This document shows positions 39,511 through 49,890 of a stretch of 64,000 nucleotides of DNA, in pieces. Location of the stretch: assembly GCA_001797675.1 (NCBI GenBank), contig MGQB01000001.1, forward strand, positions 50,347-114,346. Direction: 5' to 3'. This DNA is from Deltaproteobacteria bacterium RBG_13_43_22. Its GTDB lineage: Bacteria; Desulfobacterota; RBG-13-43-22. The translations under genes and the position numbers were made by a program. The notes under the pieces are model-generated. The model was not told the origin of the DNA. It searched no databases and was given only the letters and a program-made list of their open reading frames with translations. Positions within the stretch are counted from its first letter, which is position 1; each line of letters starts with the position of its first letter.

Positions 39511-40536
39511 TCAGAAAAATCCCCTAACCTCTTCACAGAGGCGCTCAGGTGTTCTATAGTCAAGAGACTCTCTATGAATCTTTTCAAAATAACTGACGTC
39601 GCTTGCCCCAACCGGGGGTAACAACCTCCTGGTCACCATCCTGGCGTTCACCCAAAAAGAATCATCTCCCTTAAGGTCACCTGAATAAAGGCCAAGGTTG
39701 AAACTGTTGTGGTTGAATTCCTGGAAATATCCGAAAACCCGGACCAACCCTTGGACGAAGTCTCTGAGATCCTGATCCGGGAGATCCAGGAGCGATGTCC
39801 TGCCCCTGAAAACACTCATAATATCCGTAACCCCTAACGGGGCATAACTGGCCAGCCAGACCGTCTGCCCAAGGGCAGCGATATACCGCTCTCCAAAGTT
39901 CCTCTCCGTTTCAATCAAGTCATCCCAATAGACCTGGCCCCAACGTTTTTGATAGCGCCTGCACCCCTGAATTACGGCACCTTGATAATCCGTGGGGAAC
40001 TCCCCGGCCAGGATTTGCAGGTGAGGATGGATAATGCTCCCGCCGGACATGGGGAGATAATTCCAATTGATGGAAAAAAACCGTACGGCGGGATCCTTCT
40101 CAACGACCCGGCGCAGGAAGACACAAGCGGCGGAAAAAGCGTTGAAAAGGATTTCTTCTGAAAAATCGATCAGAGGAACATAATGCTGTTTGGTGAAAAC
40201 GACTACGGCACAATGCCGGTCAAAAGGGATCCTGTTCGGGAATATACAGACCTCTCCCAAACGCAGTCTCCCCCCAGGAATAAAATCAACGGTGAATTGC
40301 GGGGTGACCTTCTCCAAAGCCTGGGGGCAAAAGGGGCAAACCCCACTTCCGCCTTTCTCCAGCATGTCTTCCATAGCCCACGGAGGAAATTTTATTATAG
40401 GAAGATCAAGGACCCTCACGGTCCTTTTGATCAGAGGATCCCATCGCGTTTCTACGGTCAGAATCGTCTCCTTAAAACTATCGGCCGGATTCAAAATCTT
40501 CGTTGTCTGAATCCGTTTTTTAAAGGTTATCCCCAA
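39511..40536 (-). CDS. GalT-like (HIT superfamily) nucleotidyltransferase
   Basis: RWDPL, CPFC, FPN, NWN...GGSIIHPHLQ. Confidence 0.8.
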   Translation of the reverse strand: MGITFKKRIQTTKILNPADSFKETILTVETRWDPLIKRTVRVLDLPIIKFPPWAMEDMLEKGGSGVCPFCPQALEKVTPQFTVDFIPGGRLRLGEVCIFPNRIPFDRHCAVVVFTKQHYVPLIDFSEEILFNAFSAACVFLRRVVEKDPAVRFFSINWNYLPMSGGSIIHPHLQILAGEFPTDYQGAVIQGCRRYQKRWGQVYWDDLIETERNFGERYIAALGQTVWLASYAPLGVTDIMSVFRGRTSLLDLPDQDLRDFVQGLVRVFGYFQEFNHNSFNLGLYSGDLKGDDSFWVNARMVTRRLLPPVGASDVSYFEKIHRESLDYRTPERLCEEVRGFF

Positions 40537-40560
40537 AGATCTATCTCCTTTCTGATGACA

Positions 40561-40683
40561 TGGACAGCGAGCGCATTCCCCGTCACGCCCTTGGCGCGAC
40601 TGCCTGGGTTAGCGAGCGAACTTCAACAACAAACATTTACCTTGCATGGAAGATTCCCTGAACCTTGGTGCAGGGAGCTTCAA
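40561..40683 (+). mobile_element. Structured dispersed repeat copy 2 (minimal form)
   Basis: Same conserved blocks as 7840; single terminal hairpin ending AGCTTCAA. Confidence 0.65.
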
Positions 40684-40911
40684 TTCCGAGGTGTAAAAAT
40701 TTAACAGGGTCATCGATGGGTGTCAAGGACGAAGAAACCGCCATGGCAGATGGAGAAAATTTACAGATATCGGGATGCCGACGGCGAAGGAATTATCACC
40801 GAAGACGAGTATATGTAGCAGGATAAAAAAATCTGAAAGAAATAGATACCTGCCAAAACCCTGGGAATGAAGCATGCGGGTAGACCGATGTTTTTTAATT
40901 TGTAAAATATC

Positions 40912-40953
40912 TTGACAAATATATATAATATTTGTAATAAGTATGTTACAAAT
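40912..40953 (+). promoter_or_regulatory. sigma70 promoter overlapped by a palindromic operator (probable GntR site)
   Basis: TTGACA at 40912, TAATAA 17 bp later; ATTTGTAA-N8-TTACAAAT at 40930-40953. Confidence 0.6.
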
Positions 40954-40976
40954 TTAATTAAAAATAAAAACAGGAT

Positions 40977-41732
40977 ATGACTCAGCCAAAACAAATTGAT
41001 TCATTTGGAAATCCTTCCGACCTCCCCCTGCCTCTCTATTATCAGGTTGCCCAACTGATTCGAAACAATATCATAGATGGAACCTGGCCGTCGGGTAGCC
41101 GGCTTCCTGCAGAACACGAGTTAACCCAAAAATACCAAGTCAGCCGACCCACTATCAGGAATGCCAAATCAACTCTGACCAACGAAGGCTTTATTCAAAG
41201 CATTAGGGGTTCAGGTTGCTATGTCAATAGTAAAGATACCTGGAAGACTCAGCTCCCCACCGTTGATAACCTCAATGACATCTTCTATATTGGTTCAAAG
41301 ATGTCATTTAAGATCCAAGAATTCGGCATGGTGGCAAACACTGAAGAAATAAAGAAAAATCTTAAAAACCCCCAAGATAAATTCGTGTTTCAGATTAAAG
41401 GCGTGCGCTGGTTCCAGAATCAACCACTTTCCAGCGTGATCTACTATTTACCATACCGGTTCGGTTCACGGATCCCCCTGGAGCGTCTGAATGAAAATCC
41501 TTTCATTCCGCAGTTTGAGAAACTGGCTGGTATCCAGGTGATGGAGGGAACTTCCAATATTTCTTTGGAACGTGCCGATTCCGAAGCAGCCAAACACCTG
41601 CAATTAAAAAAAGGCTCTGCCGTGATTGTGGTCAGAACGGTGTATGTCGACAGGGAGCATCAACCTATTGAGTATATTATAAGCCGTTATCGGGACAAAC
41701 TGCCTTATTCCATTCGAACCAAACGTTTCTAA
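40977..41732 (+). CDS. GntR (HutC/UTRA) transcriptional regulator
   Basis: PLYYQV, RLPAEHEL, VSRPTIR, RGSG; UTRA-like C-terminus. Confidence 0.9.
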   Translation: MTQPKQIDSFGNPSDLPLPLYYQVAQLIRNNIIDGTWPSGSRLPAEHELTQKYQVSRPTIRNAKSTLTNEGFIQSIRGSGCYVNSKDTWKTQLPTVDNLNDIFYIGSKMSFKIQEFGMVANTEEIKKNLKNPQDKFVFQIKGVRWFQNQPLSSVIYYLPYRFGSRIPLERLNENPFIPQFEKLAGIQVMEGTSNISLERADSEAAKHLQLKKGSAVIVVRTVYVDREHQPIEYIISRYRDKLPYSIRTKRF

Positions 41733-41761
41733 TTTCCGGTTGAGAACAACGGAGGGATGTA

Positions 41762-43312
41762 ATGAGTTGGGAAGAGGAAGTAAAAGAAATCACCCGCCGC
41801 AGGGAGATGGCCAAACAAATGGGGGGACCGGAAAGCGTTGCCCGTCACCATAAGGCGGGAAAGCTGACGGTCAGGGAACGAATCGCCCAGGTGCTTGACA
41901 GCGGTAGTTTTCGGGAGATTGGCGCACTCACCGGTGCGGCCAAATACGACGCTCAGGGAAACCTTGTTGACTTTACACCGGCCAACATTGTTATCGGAAC
42001 CGGTCGAATCAACGAGCGGCGGGTGGTGGTTTCCGGTGAGGATTTCACCATCCGAGGAGGCTCCTCGGAGGCGACGGTTTCGGAGAAATGGATATGGGCG
42101 GAACGGCTGGCTATGGAGATGCAAATCCCCATAGTACGCCTGGTTGATACGGCCGGAGGCAGTGTTAAATTATTAGAAAAAGCTGGGGCGACCAAATTGC
42201 CCGGATACCCCACTAACGATTCCAGAAACTTATTGGGACTCATTCCGGTGGTGGCCGCAGCGCTGGGGTCGGTGGCCGGACTTGGAGCCTTCCGAGTGGT
42301 GGCTGCCCATTTTTCAGTCATGGTTAAAGAAAGCAGCCAACTCTTTGCCGCCGGCCCTTTTGTGGTCACCCCTGCTACCGGTGAGCAGTTAACCAAGGAA
42401 GACCTCGGCGGTTACAAAATCCATACCCGGGGAAGCGGTGTGGTGGACAACGAAGCAGAAAGTGAGGCCGATGCCTTTGACCAAATCCGCACCTTTCTTT
42501 CTTATATGCCCCAGAATGCCTTTCAGGTTCCCCCCAGGCAAAACCCAACCGATGATCCCAACCGAAAAGAAGAAGAACTCCTGTCGGCAGTGCCCAATAA
42601 TCGACGCAAAAGCTACATTGCCCGCAAGATCCTTAAAATGATCTTTGATCAGGATTCTTTATTCGAAATCGGCCGTCATCAAGGTCAATCGGTTATTTCC
42701 ATGTTAGGGAGATTGAGCGGATTCCCGGTGGGTGTCATGGCCAGCGACCCCAATTATTTAGGCGGCGCACTGACGGCCCAGGCAGCCGAAAAACTCATTC
42801 GTTTTGTGGACTTGTGCGACAGTTTCCACCTACCCATCGTTAATTTTGTGGATCAGCCCGGAGTGATGATCGGTCTGGCCTCGGAGAAACAGGGAACCAT
42901 CCGCAAAGCCGTTCGGGCCCTCCAAGCCATCGAGCAAACCCAGGTCCCCTGGGTGGCCATTCTGGTCAGGAAAGCCTTTGGTGTGGCCGGTTCGGGTTAT
43001 GGGCGCCAGAGGGATCTCAATCTGCGTTATGCCTGGCCCTCCGGTTTTTGGGGTTCTATTCCGATCGAAGGGGGTGTGCAGGCGGCCTATTGGAAAGAGA
43101 TACAAGCCGCAGAAAACCCGGAAGCCCGCTTGGAAGAGCTTATGGATCATTACCGGAAATTCGAATCGCCCTTTCGAACTGCAGAGCGATTCGGGGTTCA
43201 GGATATTATCGATCCCCGTGACACACGTCCGATATTATGCGATTGGGTGGAACAGGCCTATGAAATACTTCCCCGGCAGCTTGGCCCTGTTTTTAGAACC
43301 ATGCGGAGTTGA
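41762..43312 (+). CDS. Acyl-CoA carboxylase/decarboxylase carboxyltransferase subunit
   Basis: GKLTVRERI, DFTIRGGS, EDLGG, FVDQPG, IIDPRDTR. Confidence 0.9.
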   Translation: MSWEEEVKEITRRREMAKQMGGPESVARHHKAGKLTVRERIAQVLDSGSFREIGALTGAAKYDAQGNLVDFTPANIVIGTGRINERRVVVSGEDFTIRGGSSEATVSEKWIWAERLAMEMQIPIVRLVDTAGGSVKLLEKAGATKLPGYPTNDSRNLLGLIPVVAAALGSVAGLGAFRVVAAHFSVMVKESSQLFAAGPFVVTPATGEQLTKEDLGGYKIHTRGSGVVDNEAESEADAFDQIRTFLSYMPQNAFQVPPRQNPTDDPNRKEEELLSAVPNNRRKSYIARKILKMIFDQDSLFEIGRHQGQSVISMLGRLSGFPVGVMASDPNYLGGALTAQAAEKLIRFVDLCDSFHLPIVNFVDQPGVMIGLASEKQGTIRKAVRALQAIEQTQVPWVAILVRKAFGVAGSGYGRQRDLNLRYAWPSGFWGSIPIEGGVQAAYWKEIQAAENPEARLEELMDHYRKFESPFRTAERFGVQDIIDPRDTRPILCDWVEQAYEILPRQLGPVFRTMRS

Positions 43313-43333
43313 AGAAAAAGGAGACTTTTAGTT

Positions 43334-44890
43334 ATGAATCCAGGGTTGTTGCAGACTTTTGCCCTCAGCCGATATCCGGATCGAACTGCCATTATTTTTC
43401 AGGATCAGCGCTTGACCTTCCGTGAACTCAATGCCAGAACAAACAAACTCGGCCATGCCCTTCTGTCTATCGGATTGGAAAAAGGGCAGAAGGTGGCCAT
43501 CCTGCTGAATAATTGTGTCGAACTGGTGGAGAGTTTATTTGGAATACCCATGGCTGGTCTGGCCATCGTCCCTTTAAACGCCAGACAGAACTCCCAGGAG
43601 CATGCCTACATATTGAATGATTCGGATACCGACGCCCTCATAGTTGGTGCGGACCTGTTCCCGATTATTGATCCGATTTTACCCTCCGTGCCTCGTCTTA
43701 AACAACTCATTATTGTAGGTAATACCCGCAACCGAGGAATAAAATATGAAGACCTCGTGGTGAACCAACCCGAAACACCGCCCGATATAGAAATCGATGA
43801 GGACGACATCGATCGTATCCAGTACACCTCCGGGACGACTGGAAAACCGAAAGGCGCCGTCACCACTTATCGAATCACCTATAACCGTCTAATCAACACC
43901 TTGCTGAATCTGGATCAGCCGATACTGCCGACCGATGTCAATTTGAACATCGGTCCCTTAACCCATGCCGCCGGGCTTATGATGAGCAGCTACAGCATCC
44001 GTGGGGCCACCAACGTTATTCTTGACAAATTCGACATCGACCTGGTGCTTCAAACAATTGAGAAAGAAAAGGTCACCGCTGTGCTGCTTATTCCGACCAT
44101 GCTGAATCTTATCCTCATACATCCCAAATTGATAAGCTACGACCTTAGCAGTATCAAACGTATCTGGTATGGTACGGCACCCATGTCCCCTGAGAAACTA
44201 AAGGAGGCCATCAAGATATTTGGAAAGATATTCCGGCAGAACTATGGCTTGACCGAATCCCCGCAGCCGGTCACCTATTTAGGACCGGAAGATCATATCA
44301 TCGATGGAACCGAAAAGGAATGTCGGCGCCTGGCCTCGGCCGGCAAACCGGCCCTGGGAGTAGCGGTAAAAATCGCTAACGAAGAAGGCTTTGAAATCAA
44401 GCCCGGCGAGACCGGGGAGATCCTTATTCAAACCAACCAATTGATGAAAGAATATTGGAAAAACCCCGAAGCCACGGCCGAGGCCTTTCGGGGAGGCTGG
44501 TTTCATACCGGGGATATGGGGACTATCGACCAGGATGGGTTCATCTATATCATGGATCGCAAACACGATATGATCATCAGCGGCGGGTTCAATATTTACC
44601 CACGAGAGGTAGAGGACGCCATAATGACCCATTCTCAAGTGGCTGAAGCGGCGGTGGTCGGTGTCCCTGATGAGATCTGGGGTGAATCCGTCAAGGCCTT
44701 TGTCGTGGCCAAACCGGGGGCTTCAGTTTCCGAAGAAGAGGTCATCCAGATCTGTAAAAAGCGGCTGGCCAGTTATAAAAAACCAAGAAGTGTCGAATTT
44801 GTACCAGATCTTCCCAAAAACGCCTATGGGAAAATTCTTCGTAAAGTACTCAAAGAACCGTATTGGCAGGATCGTGAACGAAAGGTGTAG
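43334..44890 (+). CDS. Acyl-CoA synthetase (AMP-forming)
   Basis: YTSGTTGKPKG, YGLTE, FHTGD, DMIISGGFNIYP, GKILR. Confidence 0.93.
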   Translation: MNPGLLQTFALSRYPDRTAIIFQDQRLTFRELNARTNKLGHALLSIGLEKGQKVAILLNNCVELVESLFGIPMAGLAIVPLNARQNSQEHAYILNDSDTDALIVGADLFPIIDPILPSVPRLKQLIIVGNTRNRGIKYEDLVVNQPETPPDIEIDEDDIDRIQYTSGTTGKPKGAVTTYRITYNRLINTLLNLDQPILPTDVNLNIGPLTHAAGLMMSSYSIRGATNVILDKFDIDLVLQTIEKEKVTAVLLIPTMLNLILIHPKLISYDLSSIKRIWYGTAPMSPEKLKEAIKIFGKIFRQNYGLTESPQPVTYLGPEDHIIDGTEKECRRLASAGKPALGVAVKIANEEGFEIKPGETGEILIQTNQLMKEYWKNPEATAEAFRGGWFHTGDMGTIDQDGFIYIMDRKHDMIISGGFNIYPREVEDAIMTHSQVAEAAVVGVPDEIWGESVKAFVVAKPGASVSEEEVIQICKKRLASYKKPRSVEFVPDLPKNAYGKILRKVLKEPYWQDRERKV

Positions 44891-44949
44891 CAAAGACGAA
44901 TTTTCAGCACAAAACAATTATTAAAAAAATACAAGGACGATAACCTCTG

Positions 44950-45429
44950 ATGGAAAAAATAAAAAGTATATCAAAAACAGAGTTGATCATCTATGGTATT
45001 TTTTGTTCTTTTGCAGCAGCGATGCTTTCCCCTTCGCTAAAGCTTGGCCTTGGTGAAAAGGGGGACCTTGGCCCTGGTCTCCTCCCCTTGGCCGCCAACC
45101 TTTGTGTCCTGATTACCGGTATCGCTCTGGCTATATCAGTCTTGATTAAAAGAGAAAAGATCGATCCTTCTGGGGAGTCTGAAAAAATAGACCGAAAAGG
45201 ATGGCTAAGATCCGGAGGAATTCTCCTAAATTTTGCCCTCTGGCCTTTGTTAGTGGGGATTGTTGGATACATCCTTTCCACTTTATTAATTTCGCTGGGC
45301 TTGGCCAAGGTGGTTGGATACAAAGACTGGAGGCGGCCGATCATTCTCAGTGTTTCCATTACATTCTGCATCTGGCTTATTTTTGGAGTCTTATTTCAAT
45401 TGGATCTGCCGTCCGGATTCTCTTTTTAA
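44950..45429 (+). CDS. tctB: Tripartite tricarboxylate transporter small TM subunit
   Basis: 4 TM helices, GPGLLP, C-terminal LP; adjacent to tctA. Confidence 0.8.
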   Translation: MEKIKSISKTELIIYGIFCSFAAAMLSPSLKLGLGEKGDLGPGLLPLAANLCVLITGIALAISVLIKREKIDPSGESEKIDRKGWLRSGGILLNFALWPLLVGIVGYILSTLLISLGLAKVVGYKDWRRPIILSVSITFCIWLIFGVLFQLDLPSGFSF

Positions 45430-45480
45430 GGGCTTCTTAGAAAAAAACCTTTTATTTATAAAATTTTAGAAGAGGTTTCC

Positions 45481-46980
45481 ATGTCTGGATTAGAACATCT
45501 CCTCCAAGGGTTTCAAATCGCTCTTGATCCAGCTAACTTAATGATGTGTCTGATCGGAGTAATATTAGGCACAATGGTCGGGGTATTGCCCGGACTCGGC
45601 CCAATAGAGGCCATGGCTATCATGTTACCAATCAGTATCCGCTTTGGTCCTCTCGCTGGACTCATCTTGCTGGCTGGGGTCTGGTATGGCGCACAATATG
45701 GAGGATCAACAACCTCGATTCTGGTAAATATTCCTGGTGAAGCCTCGTCGGTGATTACCACTATTGACGGGTACCAGATGACCCGCAAAGGCCGGGCCGG
45801 AGCCGCTCTGGCCGTTTCGGCCATCGGATCCTTTGTTGCCGGGACCATCGGAATTGTCATTTTACAGCTGTTTGCTCCCCCCCTGGCCGCCGCGGCTCTC
45901 TCTTTCGGCCCCCCGGAGTACCTGGCCATAATGCTATTGGCCTTTGTGGCCCTTTCGACTCTCAGCGGCGATAACCCTTTGAAGGGTGCTATGATGATCG
46001 CCTTTGGGGCCTTTCTTAGCACTATCGGTATAGATCGAATTGCAGGCATACAACGGTTTACCATGGGAATCCCGAACATGATGTATGGAATCAATTTTGT
46101 CCCTGTAGCTGTAGGCTTGTTTGGGATTGCAGAGATCATTCGACTGGCTTTGAACCCGTATGTCCCTTCCCCCATGAAATCTGTTCGTTTTAGAGAACTC
46201 TACCCGAATCGAGAAGAAACCCGTCGATCCATCATGCCGATCCTTCGCGGTTCCTTTATCGGCTCCCTTTTCGGAATGTTACCTGGGACCCCTGCAGTCC
46301 TTGCCTCCTTCACTTCTTATAGTGTGGAAAAAAGCATATCGCCAAGAAAGGCTGAATTCGGCAAAGGAGCGATTGAAGGCGTGGCCGGACCGGAGTCGGC
46401 CAACAACTCGGCCGTGATCCTTGCCCTTGTACCTCTTCTCTGTCTGGGTATCCCTTTTGCCCCTGTGGCGGCACTACTTCTGGCTGGTCTGGAAATGCAC
46501 AATGTGACACCCGGTCCGTTATTTATACAAGACAATCCGGATATCTTTTGGGGATTTATCGCCGCCATGTATCTTGGGAATTTTCTTCTTTTAATATTAA
46601 ATCTACCGCTCGTGGGTCTCTTTGCACGGGTGGCTACACTCCGGCCTAGGGTATTGATACCCATCATTGGAGTCCTTTGCTTATTCGGATCATATATGAC
46701 TCGAATGGCTCTATTTGATGTCTGGGTGATGATCGGAGCCGGCATAGTCGGGTTTATCCTGACCCGTTTTGGTTTTCCCTTGGTTCCCCTAGTGCTCGGA
46801 ATGGTTCTCGGGAATATACTTGAAGATAACCTACGCGTGACCACCCAGTGGTTGAACGGAGACTTCTCTCTCCTCTTAACCAGACCAATTACCTTAGTCA
46901 TACTGGCCCTCATCCCTGTTTATGTTTTTTTTATTCGATTGGCGGGTAAAAAGGTTTTTAGGAACGGCATCAAGGAATAG
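45481..46980 (+). CDS. tctA: Tripartite tricarboxylate transporter large TM subunit
   Basis: GVLPGLG, YGGSTTSIL.NIPG, GVAGPESANN. Confidence 0.93.
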   Translation: MSGLEHLLQGFQIALDPANLMMCLIGVILGTMVGVLPGLGPIEAMAIMLPISIRFGPLAGLILLAGVWYGAQYGGSTTSILVNIPGEASSVITTIDGYQMTRKGRAGAALAVSAIGSFVAGTIGIVILQLFAPPLAAAALSFGPPEYLAIMLLAFVALSTLSGDNPLKGAMMIAFGAFLSTIGIDRIAGIQRFTMGIPNMMYGINFVPVAVGLFGIAEIIRLALNPYVPSPMKSVRFRELYPNREETRRSIMPILRGSFIGSLFGMLPGTPAVLASFTSYSVEKSISPRKAEFGKGAIEGVAGPESANNSAVILALVPLLCLGIPFAPVAALLLAGLEMHNVTPGPLFIQDNPDIFWGFIAAMYLGNFLLLILNLPLVGLFARVATLRPRVLIPIIGVLCLFGSYMTRMALFDVWVMIGAGIVGFILTRFGFPLVPLVLGMVLGNILEDNLRVTTQWLNGDFSLLLTRPITLVILALIPVYVFFIRLAGKKVFRNGIKE

Positions 46981-47032
46981 TTCACGGTTTAAAAGTGTAG
47001 TTAAATTAAAAAAATTAAAGGAGGTTTCAAAA

Positions 47033-47992
47033 ATGAAAAAAAGTATTTTGGTTATGACCCTGACTGTTTTTTGCTTTGGTCTGTTGCTAACCGGGGTTGA
47101 GGCTTACCCTGAAAAACCGATTAAATTGATCATTGGCTATGAAGCCGGCAGTGCGACGGATTTGATCGGTCGGACTTTTTTTAAACACATGGAGAAAGAA
47201 CTGGGGCAACCTTTTATGATCGTCAATAAACCCGGAGCTGCCAGTGCCTTGGCTTTAAGGGAACTCCTGGATGCCAAAGCGGACGGATACACCCTGGGAA
47301 TGAGCTGTTCAGTAAATGTGCTTAAAATTATGGGGCATCTACCCAAAACCCATCACGACTTTGATGTAATCGGGATTCCTTTGCTCACCGGATCTGTTTT
47401 AGCCGTACCCTCCAAAAGTCCTTTCCAATCCACCAAGGAACTGGTCGAGTATGCTAAGGGCAATCCGGAGAAACTTCGTCTGTCCACCACATCCAAAGGA
47501 GCGGTCTTTTGGATTCACGCCAGATATTTTGAACGGTTGACCGGGGCCAAGTTTAATTTGATCAGCAATCCAGGCGGGTCCAGTTTTATTGCTACTCAAC
47601 TGGGAGGAGCCCATGCCGATTTGGGATTTGCAGCCTACCGTCCCCTTCAGGGTCAAATAAAGGCCGGAAATATACGCATGCTGGGCGTGACTTCGGAAAA
47701 ACGGGTAGCGGCCTTTCCCGATTTACCGACAATGAAAGAGCAGGGATATAATATGGTCGTATCCGGTTGGGCGGCGATTCTGGCTCCCAAGGGTCTGCCG
47801 TCGGACATTTACAAAAAACTGCTTGATGCTCATGCCAAAGTCGTGGGCTTGAAGGCCTGGCAGGATTTTTGTACAGCCACTGGAAGTGTCGGCTATCCGG
47901 AGTACACCGGGGAAGGGGCGATTAAGTTTATGGATCAGGATGCCGAAATTCAAAAACCGATCCTGGAGGAAATTGGAGCGGTTAAAAAATAA
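47033..47992 (+). CDS. tctC: Tripartite tricarboxylate transporter substrate-binding protein
   Basis: Signal peptide, YPEKPIKLI, VNKPGA, ADGYTL, PDLPTMKEQG; RBS GGAGG. Confidence 0.9.
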   Translation: MKKSILVMTLTVFCFGLLLTGVEAYPEKPIKLIIGYEAGSATDLIGRTFFKHMEKELGQPFMIVNKPGAASALALRELLDAKADGYTLGMSCSVNVLKIMGHLPKTHHDFDVIGIPLLTGSVLAVPSKSPFQSTKELVEYAKGNPEKLRLSTTSKGAVFWIHARYFERLTGAKFNLISNPGGSSFIATQLGGAHADLGFAAYRPLQGQIKAGNIRMLGVTSEKRVAAFPDLPTMKEQGYNMVVSGWAAILAPKGLPSDIYKKLLDAHAKVVGLKAWQDFCTATGSVGYPEYTGEGAIKFMDQDAEIQKPILEEIGAVKK

Positions 47993-48060
47993 ACTTTCAT
48001 TCCCCCCGAGGGGCGTGACACAACAAATCATGAAAATTATGTTTACCCGGAGTTAGGTCT

Positions 48061-48283
48061 TCATTCCTGCGAAGAGACTGTGTCGTAATGACAGACAACG
48101 CCATCAAGGCAGTCATGCCGGCGAAAGCCGGCACCCAGAACTTAATGAAAATACTGGATTCCGTGTCGCGCTTCGCTTGCACGGAATGACAAAAATGGAA
48201 TTGTGACACAGCCTCGAAAGCCGGAATCCAGGTTATTTCCTAATCAACAAAGACCCTGGATGCTGGATCAAGTCCGGCATGAC
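48061..48283. repeat. REP-like palindromic doublet interrupted by a MITE
   Basis: TCATTCCTGCGAA|AGCCGGAATCCAG ... CTGGATGCTGGATCAAGTCCGGCATGAC. Confidence 0.75.
48074..48215. mobile_element. 142-bp MITE with 15-bp imperfect TIRs and 3-bp target duplication
   Basis: GAGACTGTGTCGTAA / TTGTGACACAGCCTC (12/15 inverted match), flanked by GAA; contains its own REP doublet. Confidence 0.75.
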
Positions 48284-48354
48284 GGAAAACAAACAAGTCG
48301 GGATCTTTCTCATCCAGAGTTATTTCCGAAATAGGGAAAGGAATCGTACTTCCA

Positions 48355-49890
48355 ATGAGCCATGTTGAAAAAATAGAACTTTTCGAGAAGAAGAAAAAAC
48401 ACCAATTGGGTATGGGCGGAGCAAAAAAACTTGAAGCCCGCAAGGCCGCCGGTAAGCTTAACGTTCGGGAGAGAATCGAATACTTTTTTGATCCAGGATC
48501 CTTTCAGGAACTGGGGCTTTTTACCCACTCGGAATGGCCGGGAACCTTTGAGCAAACTCCTACCGACGGGAAGATTACCGGTACAGGTCTGGTCCGCGGA
48601 CGACCGGTTCTGACGGTGGCCAACGATATGACGGTTATGGGGGCTTCCAGCGCTAATACGAACATGAAAAAAATCGACTATGCAAAAAATATCAGTTGTG
48701 AGAAAGGTCTGCCTCTGGTTTTTTTGGGGGAATCAGCCGGATCCCGAATGCCGGACTCCATGGGAGCCTTGGGCATGGGGCATGGCGGTCAAAACCCGGC
48801 TCAATATCGGAGACTTCGGGAAGCCCCCTGGGTTTCCGTGCTTTTAGGACCCTGTTATGGCAGTTCAAGCTGGTACACGGCTATGTCGGATATCAGTGTG
48901 ATGCAAAAGGGTGCGATTTTGGCCGTTTCCAGTCCGAAGGTCACCCAGATTGCCACCGGTGAGAATACGCCCCCGGAAGAGCTGGGCGGTTGGAGAGTCC
49001 ATGCGGAAATCACCGGATTAGTCGATGCCGTCGGTGACACGGAAGAAAAATGTATGGATATAACCAAACAGTTTCTAAGCTACCTGCCCTCGAATGCTCT
49101 GCAGCTCCCTCCCAAAGTCGATGTCCCTGAAGGTTCGGGAAAAGATATGCACCATATTTTGGAGCTTCTCCCGGAACAAAGTTCGAAAACCTATAATATG
49201 AAAAAAATAATACGGGTGATTGTCGACGGCGGTGAATTTCTCGAATTGAAACCGTTCTATGCCCGCCCTTGCATAACGGCCTTGGCCAGACTGGACGGCA
49301 ACTCCATCGGAGTTATCGCCAATAACCCCTATTACGGTGCCGGGGCGCTCACAGCCGATTGTTGCGATAAAATTACCAGTTTTTTGGTCCTGTGTGATTC
49401 TTATAATATTCCGATCCTCATGCTGGTGGATACCCCCGGTTTTATGATCGGAAAAGACGGTGAGCACAAAAAGGTAACCGGAAAAATCATCAACTGGATG
49501 AATGCCCTGTCCCTGGTCACCGTGCCTATCTTGACGGTGATCATCGGCAAGACCTATGGTCAAGCCTATCTAAATATGGGGGCCGGAAAATATTCCAGCG
49601 TTTTTGTCGCCTGGCCCACGGCTCAAATCAGTTTTATGGGTCTTGAACCGGGGATCAATGTGGTCTTTAACATCAAGAAGGGAGATGATCCGGAAAGGTA
49701 CGAGGAGCTTCTCGGTCAGATGGGTAAGGATACGGAACCCTGGGATGGGGCGGGAATCTTCGGTCTCACCGATATCATCCACCCTGCGGAAACCCGCGAA
49801 TTCCTCATAGGGATGCTGAATCTGCACTACAATCGTCTCACAGGGGGTATCGGTCGGCATTTGTTACACAACTGGCCGACCTCTTACTGA
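48355..49890 (+). CDS. Second acyl-CoA carboxyltransferase subunit
   Basis: GKLNVRERI, ESAGSRM, EELGG, LVDTPGF, IIHPAETR. Confidence 0.9.
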   Translation: MSHVEKIELFEKKKKHQLGMGGAKKLEARKAAGKLNVRERIEYFFDPGSFQELGLFTHSEWPGTFEQTPTDGKITGTGLVRGRPVLTVANDMTVMGASSANTNMKKIDYAKNISCEKGLPLVFLGESAGSRMPDSMGALGMGHGGQNPAQYRRLREAPWVSVLLGPCYGSSSWYTAMSDISVMQKGAILAVSSPKVTQIATGENTPPEELGGWRVHAEITGLVDAVGDTEEKCMDITKQFLSYLPSNALQLPPKVDVPEGSGKDMHHILELLPEQSSKTYNMKKIIRVIVDGGEFLELKPFYARPCITALARLDGNSIGVIANNPYYGAGALTADCCDKITSFLVLCDSYNIPILMLVDTPGFMIGKDGEHKKVTGKIINWMNALSLVTVPILTVIIGKTYGQAYLNMGAGKYSSVFVAWPTAQISFMGLEPGINVVFNIKKGDDPERYEELLGQMGKDTEPWDGAGIFGLTDIIHPAETREFLIGMLNLHYNRLTGGIGRHLLHNWPTSY

